A stretch of 64,000 nt of DNA, from NCBI GenBank assembly GCA_025786725.1, contig JAHLTZ010000024.1, positions 62,001-126,000 of the forward strand. The letters run 5' to 3'. Under the pieces are notes generated by a model, which was given only the letters and a program-made list of their open reading frames with translations, did not search any database and was not told where the DNA came from. Numbering within the stretch: the first letter of the stretch is position 1; the number at the start of each line of letters is the position of its first letter. Origin of the DNA: Syncephalis fuscata S228. Its lineage: Eukaryota > Fungi > Zoopagomycota. Below are positions 53,923-64,000 of this stretch, in pieces. A program made the position numbers and the translations under genes.

Positions 53923-54124
53923 ACAAACAATGCGATGATGTAATGATTAAATAATAAATGAATCATTGATATTATTGTTAAAATGAACAGTTTCAATGTA
54001 ATTATATTAAATGTAACTAACTGCAATATGTTATCTGTAAAAAATTATATATAATTAATAATAAGATATATAATAACATATTATTACTATTCTACTTGGA
54101 GTAAAATAAAACATATCGCTAACA

Positions 54125-55418
54125 CTACACTAATCTTGAATGATCTGTAATAAAGCTTGTAAGCAAATGTCGTGCTTCACTGGCCGGTATCCATCCGCAG
54201 AGTGGCGTTCGCCCTGGCACGTAGTGTGTACGACGATGTACGAGCAATACACCGTCTGGGTTTGTTTCATTAGCTTCGGCACCAATCGATATTTGTTGCA
54301 CAATCTGTTCTAGATGTGCCAATGTAGCCTCGCCTGATGGCAGTGCTTCAAACTTGTACAGCTGCGCCTGTTGTGTGCCTGACGCGACAAGATCGGCCAG
54401 TTGAGTTTGTAGCCAGAATAGACTGTTATCCATTATTATTATTATTGTTATTATTGTTATTATTATTATTATTATCTAGTCTTTTATTAATATATACACT
54501 ATAACTTACCGGAATTCAGTATCACAATTAAAAAACGGATGTCCTTTCCAGCACATAAGATCGAGTATGTAATAGGTGAATGTTTGCTCGACATAGATAC
54601 AATCGAGAATACAATAGTCGCTACTCCGATTACCACTAATGCTGAATTATTATACAATATATATTTGATTAATAAACCTTACCGATAAGCACGACTACCT
54701 GCAGGTAAAATAGATTCAAAATTGGCCAAAGTGGCTCCTAATAAACACAATGAGCTATTAATGTGGTAACATGCATAGACATAACTCACCATTACGCAGA
54801 CGACTTATCGTTCTTCCAGCCACTGACACGACCCAACAGCGTTTGCCCACTGGACATAAGGTGGCATACCAATCAGTGGATAAATCGGTTGGTAGCATGT
54901 TAATTGATTCGCCCTCCATTAATGGCTGACGCTTTACGCGTTTACGCGGTGTCTTTGATCGATGTTTCTTTGGATTGGGCAGCGACGTGTCTTCGACCAC
55001 GTCTTTTTCTGTATCAGATAGCACTTCATCTTCACTATCGGTCGATGCGTTGTCAAACGACACTAATCGTCGAAGTTGCGCGGTATAGTCTTGTTTACGC
55101 TAGCCTTTATGTTAAACATTATATTATATATACAATAGTAAACCGTTACCTGTTGCTGTGCTTCTAAATGGCGCTGTCTTCGTAATGCTTGTGCCTGTTG
55201 GGCAGAAACACCGTGAGCTTTAACTGAATTACGTGGAGCTGTAAGACACGTTGCCGTCGATAATTGCTCAACAAGTCCATCCACGTCAGCAGTAGCAGTA
55301 GCAGTATCAAAAGTATTAATAGGGTTTTATCTATTGTAGCCTGCTTGTTCACTTCATCCTTTACTGCAACATTCAAGCTATCACCGAGTGGCGGTGTGTT
55401 ATCAACGGGTAGTGACAT
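54125..55418 (-). CDS. SNUPN: Snurportin-1 (m3G-cap snRNP import adaptor; apparent 1-bp deletion near 55325)
   Basis: IBB-like [25 protein letters not shown]; [24 protein letters not shown]; FESILPAG; YCILDCIY; [26 protein letters not shown]; [22 protein letters not shown]. Confidence 0.92.
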
Positions 55419-55543
55419 TGTAAAAATGTAAAGAATACAAAATAAAGGTTAAAAAGTAAATAAAATAATAAAACCCACTACGAGTATTAACACTTCTTTC
55501 TTGATCTACTACACCTATTGAATTCGCGTTCATTTTATACATT

Positions 55544-57365
55544 ATGGCTACTTATGGTGGAGGTAGGCTAAATTCTGCATTGAATTTACTAAATTGTCTG
55601 TAATAATCGCGCTGATCTCTCCGATCGTCTTTAGATGAAGTCTCGGCTTTGGTAATCGATGTGGGAGCAGGCTGGACTAAAGCCGGCTATGCTGGTGAGG
55701 ATATGCCAACTGCTTTCTTCTCCTCGAACCTAGGTGTAGTTGCCGGTGAATCGGCAGAACAGAATAGCAATACGGCCATGGAAGTGGATACGACGACTGA
55801 ATCGACAAATAACGATGGCCAGCCAGCCGCTACAAACAATAACAACGCTAGCTCACAATCCCGCTATTACATCCACAGTGGAGGTGCAGCACCTCAATGG
55901 CGCGAGAATATGGAGATTCGTAATCCAATTAAAGATGGTTTAGGTGAGTTACATAGTATTTATTAGTACAGTATAGACTGCAATTAACAACAATACTCTA
56001 GTTGAAGACTGGGATGCATTAGAACAGATATGGGACCATATTTTTAATTCAGCATTACGTGTTAATCCAGCAGAACATCCACTACTTGTCTCTGAATCAT
56101 CGTGGAACAAGCCAGAATGTCGCGAAAGATTGGCAGAATTGGCCTTTGAAAAGTATAGAGCACCAGCATTCTTTGTATGCAAAGATGCCGTATTAACCTC
56201 GTAAGTAGCAATAATACTTGTGATATCTGATAAATTAAACGTACTATAATGGAATAATACGATAGTTATTCTACCGGACGCGCTACAACGTTAGTTGTCG
56301 ATGCCGGCGCCGGTTCTACACGTGTAGTGCCCGTTTATGATGGCTATGTTATGCACAAAAGTAAGAGACTAAATAGATGCATTTTTATAGATTCTAATAA
56401 TAATTCGAAATAGATATTTCTAAACAGTTACTGGGTGCACAAATGCTATCGAAATTATTCTTAGTCAAATGGAAACGGAAATGAACATTAGTGTAACGCC
56501 TCAGTACAAAGTTAAACAAAAAGTGGCTGTCGATGCTGATCAGCCAGCCAAAGCAGTTCTATATGATCGACCAAATACCACAGATAGTTATGATCATTTG
56601 GCAAATTAGTAAGAAGACTATTAATAATAACAATACAGTTATAATAACTAATCCTCCAACAGCAAGTTATTGAGGAATACAAAGAGTCAGCCTGTCAAGT
56701 ATTTGAAACCATTTGGGATAAAACGTAAGTAATAAATTAATATTTTATTTTATTAATTAATTAACTATTGTTATTATTATTAGAGCGGTACGCAGTCGTC
56801 CCACAAAATCATTTGAATTCCCCGATGGTTATAATCGATTCTTTGGTATGGAACGATTACAAGCACCAGAAATATTATTCCAACCAGAAAACTTTTTACC
56901 ACAAGTAAGTAGTTAAATCCAATGTATTATTACAAACACTAATCATTTACTATACTATTAGACATGGCCTAAACGTGATACATACCGTGGTCTACCCAGT
57001 CTTATCTACACTAGTGTATCAGGCTGTGATGTTGATCTACGCCCCCACTTACTTAATAATATCATTGTTACTGGTGGCAACTCACTATTTACAGGCTTTG
57101 TTGACCGTCTTCAACTTGAACTATCCATGATGGCCCCATCCGTAGGTGGACCATTACTAACTAACTATTAACGTAACTAATCACCCTCTCTTACTTGTAG
57201 AGTAAAGTACGTATTCACGCGGCACCTAATAGCATTGAGCGCCGCATTAGTAGCTGGCAAGGTGGCTCTGTTCTCGCCTCACTCGGTACTTTCCATCAAA
57301 TGTGGATCTCTCGTAAAGAATTTGAAGAACAAGGCGCGCAAATTGTCCACAAGAAATGTCAATAA
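55544..57365 (+). CDS. ARP4: Nuclear actin-related protein Arp4/BAF53 (multi-exon; apparent 1-bp deletions near 56451 and 56604)
   Basis: MATYGG|[11 protein letters not shown]...AGYAGED; FEFPDGYN; [21 protein letters not shown]; [28 protein letters not shown]...KKCQ*. Confidence 0.96.
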
Positions 57366-57555
57366 TAATTCATAGCACTGATGCCCGTTTATCAAAACAA
57401 CGCTAGGATTAAACTCTTATTTTTACTAGCATTCATTATATTAATATCATTTACTAATAGTACAAACATTCAAATAATATCTAAGTGGTAATAGTAGTTA
57501 TGATCATACATATATATATATGTATATATATATGCTTATATGCACTAATAACTCG

Positions 57556-59590
57556 CTATGAGCGTCCAATAACGGCCTTGGCACGGAACCGTGTCATACA
57601 ATCCTTGACGAATTTCTTAACTCGGTTTCGATATGCTTCATCAAAGTCTGGTAATTTGCCAGCCCGAATAGGTTCACCGCGTCTTTCCTTCTCTACCATG
57701 ACTTCAGCCATCTATTACGGGGGTTATTAATTTTTGATCACCAATATTATTCTATACTTTACCTTTTTTGCCTCTTTCTTAAACCGTTCTGTATCACCAA
57801 ATTCCACTTTATATTTACTAAGACATTTTACAACAATTTCCGACACTTTAACCCGTAACTCTCGAATCAATCGTTCATCTTGCTGTGTAGGCAATGGTGA
57901 TGACGATGTCGATGCATGATTCAATGCAGATCCATTTGATGCAGTCGGTCGTCGTTTCCGGCCTCGTCCAATTCCTCCACTTTGACTACGACCCTGACTC
58001 GTAAACGTATTAGTCTTGTCACTGCTATGATCCTCGGTGGATAATGACGATTGTTTACGCTTAGTATGTAATATAGTATTTGTCGTTGATTCTTTGCCAT
58101 TCATGTTATTTGTCGTTTCATCCTTTGATAAAGTATATGTTGCATTAAATGCACTATTACGTTCCTCTATTTCAGTTCTCTTCTTTGCCTCTTCGTTCAT
58201 CTCTTCCCTCTGTTCTTCCTCCTTGTTGGCTGTATCCCATTCAGGCCGAGACCATTGTGTCTTGCCCGTCACTGTATTATAATAATAGACACCATCTGGA
58301 GAAGTAGCCGATTTCCAATTAGGTGGCAATAATTCGGATGAACGTGTTGTACCATTAGTACTACCATTAGCATTACCATTAGTATGAGTAGTAGTAGTAG
58401 TGTCGCTCTTTTGACTACGACTATCATTATTATTGCTAATACTATTATGGTTATTATTATAAGCAATAGAATCAGCCGATGCACTTGGTGTATTAGGCGT
58501 ATAAACCACCGATGCACCACTTGAATAGCCTATCATCTCATCATTAATCGGTGGGGATGCTACACTTGATGTTAACGATTGAGCGTTATAATGACGAGGA
58601 GAAGCAGGACTAGACGATAATGGATGTGGTGGGTGATAGCCTGTAGTAGATTCTCTATAACCACCATTACTATGACTTGACTCTCTATAGCCATTATTAT
58701 TATTGTTGTTGTTGTTACTACTTGATCCATAGTGTTTATGTGCATCAGGACTATCTTTAACCATCATCATAGTCATCATTCTAGATGAAGATGAAGTAGC
58801 ATTCGTTGATCCATTGGTCGATGCATAATGTCGATGTGAATTGAGTGGTGGTGGCCGTGACGGTGAGGGTGGCGCACTTCTATTCAGTGTAGGTGAAGAT
58901 GAAGACTGAATTGTATGATTCTGTGATAATTGTCGCATGGCCAATGGTTCACGCGGTAAATTGGCTTCATCAAATTCAGTAGCTGCATAACTAATGGGTG
59001 GTCCATTGTGATGGGTAGTACTTGAGGACTTTTGATTATATCGCGTTGAATATGAATAGTGTGGACTTGGATAAGTGCGATGATATGAAGCTGAATGAGC
59101 AGTGTTGGAAGAAGAAGAGGATGTCGGTGGTAGGGGCGGTGGTGGTGGTGGTCCTCCTCCTCCTCTTCTATAATAACTAGAATTGTAATTGGATCTAGAA
59201 TATGATGAATGGTGATGATTATGGTGATGATTATGCCCATGATGATGGTTATGATGACTATGCTGTGAATGCGAATGACTAAATGGAGATGTTGGTCGAT
59301 GATAAGTAGATGTAGAATCATAATGACGAGAATAATAATGATGTTGATTATGGCTACGATGAGTCCAAGGTCTAGGTGAACCATATTGACTATTGTTATT
59401 ACTATTATATTGATAATGATTTGAATAGTCATCATCATCTACATCATCTAATAGTTATAGTATTAATTAGTCAATCATATTAATTAGTTAATTATAATGG
59501 TTACATTACCTAATGAATGTCGATCAGAATAGGATTGATGCTGTTGATGCTGTTGTGTAGGAGAAGAGTGTATAGAAGGAGATGAAGGTA

Positions 59591-59621
<31 letters not shown>

Positions 59622-62139
59622 CTGTTGTTGTGCTAATTCATTAGTTGAATGTACTCCATTTGATTTTGAGGATAATTTACTGCGTTTAGGAATCTTGTAA
59701 ACAACTTTAAGCTCTTTCCAATCATCGATTAACTAGAACAATTATCAATATAAATATAATAAACTATATATGTATATTCATTCTATACCTTGGTGGCCAT
59801 TTCTGAAATGGTGGCATCCTCATGTGAAGTAAAAGTATCCACAACATGATCAGCACCACAAGCATTAATTGTATTACGTATAGTGATTGGTAATCGACCC
59901 ATTAATCCCAATACCTATTTAATAATTAATATTAATATTAATACTAATATTATTTAATTAATCCATTAATCCATTAATTACCAATTGACACAATTCATCA
60001 TTTTTATGATGATATTCAACTAAATATAATTTAAGTACTTGAAGACCATGCGTATTCATAAACTTTCTTAATAAAGCCGGTGATTCAGTCATCTATATCA
60101 ATAGTGTTATTATATCATATCATATCAATTATAAATACCAATATGTTACTAGACTTACATTAAGAAACATTAATAACTTTTGCGCATAATCTAATTGATT
60201 CGCATATTTCATCATTAATGGTACAAATTTCTCTACTTGTTCAATGGTCTGTAATCCACGTGGTCGATGCTAATAAAAAGTTAATTAATTAGTTAATATT
60301 TCACTATATCGATAATAATAATAATAATAATAATAATGTTATTTACCTTTGTAGATGTCCTTATGTCATCTTCATCCTCCTCTAATTCATCTTCGTATTC
60401 ATCTTCTTCATAATTCTCGTTATCTTCATCTTCATCCGATTCATCATCCATTAGACGACGACCACGACCACGACGACCTTTTGACAGTCTGCCCCGTCTA
60501 CGACGAATTGGCACTGCCGCCTCCATATCCATTTCTCCATCAGCCGATAATGAGGCATCGGTAGACAGAAAGGCTATACAGAGTAATACCAATATTATTA
60601 TAATTAGTATCCATCATGACTATATCTATTCAATTTAATCCAATAATTACCAAAATCCAATTCCAGGGTCTTTTGACTTGATTTTGCTTCTCCACCAATA
60701 AAACCTTTACAATTGGATTCACCACAGTAACACGGCTGTGCTTCCGCTCTATTAAATATTAATATTATTAATTATTAATTATTAATTATTAATTATTAAA
60801 ACTATACTTGCCCATAACGTTGAAATTTATAATCAAATGTCAATTCTTCTCCTTGAAGAACGCGTCTTAATGTGAAGATACCCATACGTGTCCGAGCACC
60901 TACTGTCCACTTTTGTAATACACAGTTAGGATTACAACTATGATTAATGAAACGAGCATAAGAGCCTTTTTTAGTTGCATCAATATACTGATAAATTAAA
61001 TATTAGTATGGTGCTAATACCAACATCAATATCAACATCAATACTCACCTCCTCACTATTAAGTGTCATAAAATAATGATGAGCAATGCCTTCTTGTGCA
61101 TATTGGCGGGCTCGTTTCACAAACCAGGACTGTGGTAACACTTCACCCACATATTCCATAACAAAGGCATTACTAATAAAGTATTAATACAGTTAATATA
61201 GCATCGACATTGATAGTTACCTTTCAATTCCTTCAATGGCTTGTATACCATAGCCTTTCTTGTCCGTTTTAATCACTTGAACTGATGCGTATTCTTTTAA
61301 TTGGAATCTATTAAACAGTCAGTATCCATTGCCTACTATCCAGTATCTATACCTACCTTCTATTTAAACAGTAATTGCCACAGGGACAGTCTTCAGGATT
61401 ACATTCAATATACAAGTGCCGGTTAACACAGTTTGAATCTTCTCCACACGCCACCTCACGATCATCAACATCTAATCCATTATGGCCATCAATGACTCTA
61501 CTATTATTATTATGGCAATTATATGGATATTAATCATTACCTGGTTCATATTGGCACTGACAAGGAAAGCTTTCACTGCCAAGCATACCCTCGGCTCTTC
61601 CCTTGGCCCCTCCACGGAATAGACACGCATTGATTGGTTCAAATAGTTGTGCTGCTTCCTTATCTGCATTAGGCAGTATCGAATAAGCATGATGCGGCAA
61701 TGGCGATGCAGGTGAAGATGATCGTGCTCGTCGTGGTGGTGATATTGAAGCATACGTAGAATCTTTTTAATTAATACAGCATTATTAATAACAAGCAATA
61801 TTGAATAGTATTATCTATATCTATATCTATATATACCTGGTGTATATGTCGCATAAATAGCATGTTCATCTCTTTCGTGTTCATCTTGATACGGCGATAA
61901 TTGACCCGTATGGAATATATCTATTATTGATCAGTTATTATTAAGTAATTCGCCCCTTTATTTGTCTATCTATGCCATTGTCATGCCAATATCCCTAGAC
62001 TTGGCAGCTTACCTGATCCATGAACCAATAAGTCGGTTGAGACTACATTATTGCCGCCACCTCCATCGCCACCACTGCTATTGTTACTGTTGTTGCCATG
62101 GCCATTACCGGTAGGAATCATGGCCGTGGACACCTCCAT
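57556..62139 (-). CDS. SET2: Histone H3K36 methyltransferase Set2 (AWS-SET-postSET, WW, SRI)
   Basis: CGEDSNCVNRHLYIEC, KKGYG, EYVGEV, IDATKKGSYARFINHSCNPN, GEELTFDYKF, CYCGESNCKGFIG; WW LPPNWKSA...YYYNTVTGKTQWSRP; SRI VVKCLSKYK...RVKKFVKDCM. Confidence 0.95.
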
Positions 62140-62380
62140 CGCGCTGTCTCGTATACTGCCTGCCTGTCTATGCAATAGCCCAATGGCAGATAGGTAATAG
62201 ATCCAAGATGAATCGCCGTGAAGCTTAATTGGTAATATATTATATAAATAGATAGATATAACAAATATTCATATACGCTATTGACACTGAATGGTCGATG
62301 ATGAAAGTATATGTAGTCAAAAAGTTTAAGATGATTCAGTAAGACCACAAGGATCGTCAAGGGGTGTGAGTGTGAATAGA

Positions 62381-62403
62381 TGTGTGTGTGTGTGTGTGTG
62401 TGT
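62381..62403. repeat. (TG)n microsatellite upstream of SET2
   Basis: tgtgtg... tract. Confidence 0.9.
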
Positions 62404-62908
62404 CTCTTACTCAGACGCTTCTTTCCTTTAAACGATGTGTGAATAAAGTATGGACACGTGAAGCATAACCAATCAATCGATTAATGTTAATTGCTTTGAT
62501 TGCTATTATAGTTGCGCTATCAATACTATGTCAATCAATATTACTTTTGGTTACTTTCTATTTATTATAAATACTATTTGGTAGTTGCTACACTTGCGAA
62601 TGACACACTCGTCTTATCCTCATCTATTCCAAGCCTATAAGTATTCTGGTGGTACTAGCTATAACATGTAGAATCAACTAACATAAACTATACTGGAAAA
62701 GTTATCGGTGGCAAGTCAAGAAGTACTGCGTAGACATGAACAGTTAAAGCGACAAGACAATAGAGTTGTTCGTTTATCGATTCATCTGTCTGAGACGCTA
62801 CCTGGAAGTAAAGTTGCACTAGAAAAAAGTGAAACGTCATTTGATTCTATTGCTGAATCAGACACAGAAGACAAGTAGCCAACTCTTCTCCTTTAACTGA
62901 TCATAACA

Positions 62909-63218
62909 ATGGTAAATATTGCAATGTATATAATGAATACAATATTTATTATATTTACTATAATAGAGTAGCAATAACAATAATAGCCAATTTACAAAGA
63001 ACAGTAGTAGTAGTAGTAGTAGTAGTAGTAAGATGTCAGGAAAGCCAGCTTGTCAAAAAGAAGCATGCGATATTCAAGCTTGTTTACAATCCAATGGATA
63101 TAACGAAATGCGTTGTCAGAAATTTATTAAAGCGTTACGTCAATGCTGTCAACAATTACAAGAAACTGGTGGCAATTCGCCTGTTTGTCCTAAACAGCGT
63201 ATTCAATCCTCTTCGTAA
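62909..63218 (+). CDS. CMC4: Twin-Cx9C mitochondrial intermembrane-space protein Cmc4/MTCP1-like, probably with an ATG-only first exon
   Basis: CQKEACDIQACLQSNGYNEMRCQKFIKALRQCC...SPVCP; ATG|GTAAAT...TAATAG (62912-62966) splices in frame. Confidence 0.88.
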
Positions 63219-63325
63219 ATATTAATAAATATCAATAATCAATCAGTAATTAATTAATTTATTATTATTATTATTATTATGGTCAGTGCTCTTATTTACT
63301 ATAATCATACTAAATAGATACGTAT

Positions 63326-64000
63326 TTATTGAGAAAGTAAGCATTTGGACATGTATGGGCCATCCAATTCATAGCCTAATTTACGGTAATAATGACGTGT
63401 ACCCACACCTAATAGTTAATGTAATTAGTACTACTTTTCATCATTATATTACTATTGCTATCTAATAATTACCGCTAATAATGGCTAGTTTGACACTGCC
63501 ATGTTCTTCACGAGCAATTCGCTCTGCTTCTTCCATAAGTAAAGTACCAAATCCTTGATGTTGGAACTTTGATGGATCGCGGCTATGCACAGGCACTACA
63601 CTGCCGTAGACATGCAATTCTCGCACAATTGAGCACTGTTCACGTTCAGCTGCCGATGTTCGTGTTGCAGCTGATTTACCATGATCAAGAGTCGCCCCCG
63701 CAATACGATGGGTCAATAACTCGGGACGGAAGGTTTCCGGTGAACATTTACGTAATCTTAATAAGCCGATAAGAATATCTTGTTCTGGGTCTTCATAGGA
63801 CAAGAATGTTTCCCATCCACCGTTGGCTGTATAATCTCGTCTAATCAGCTCAACCTATACGATTGATTAATAAATAGCGTATTCTTTTACTACTAATCAC
63901 TTGCCTTTTCTGGTTGAACCTTACTATGAATATCGACAATGCCTACTTCACGGGTACGTACATCACGGCATTCAGTGCCCAAGTCTTTCATCCTCTGTAG
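63326..64000 (-). CDS. ELP3: Elongator subunit Elp3, 3' part (5' end outside the window)
   Basis: [75 protein letters not shown]. Confidence 0.97.

Noticed and set aside
58884-59438. Ile-rich 184-aa ORF
   Set aside because: Alternative frame of the His/Ser/Asn-rich SET2 exon.
30861-64000. ALKBH8 and ELP3 as a tRNA wobble-U modification cluster
   Set aside because: About 31 kb apart with many unrelated genes between.

Overview
Gene-dense, AT-rich eukaryotic DNA with many short (about 50-70 nt) spliceosomal introns and poly-Q/N/S/T tracts. Gene content (TRAP1, ALKBH8-type dioxygenase, snurportin, arsenite methyltransferase, minor-spliceosome RNA) points to an early-diverging fungus; Zoopagomycota such as Syncephalis is my inference, not a confirmed assignment. 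About 25 protein-coding genes can be reconstructed by hand, mostly housekeeping: HAL/NPR kinase, AP-1 mu, PRP31, arsM, DNAJC8, LSM4, ATG12, RPT3, ODC1, ALKBH8, YVH1, VMA3, TRAP1, RPA49, SNUPN, ARP4, SET2, CMC4, ELP3, plus several orphans. The top finding is invisible to the ORF track: a U12 snRNA gene (about 5826-6014, +) lies head-to-head, about 290 bp away, with the AP-1 mu gene, whose first intron is U12-type (GTATCCTTT donor) and whose branch point base-pairs with that U12 RNA. Other observations are a roughly 800 bp foldback/MITE-like inverted repeat, a tandem-duplicated Spo12-motif protein with duplicated intron positions, a decayed secreted Kex2-type precursor, four GC-AG introns and a 34-bp ALKBH8-YVH1 spacer. 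More than 20 single-base deletions break otherwise conserved genes and are most likely long-read consensus errors.
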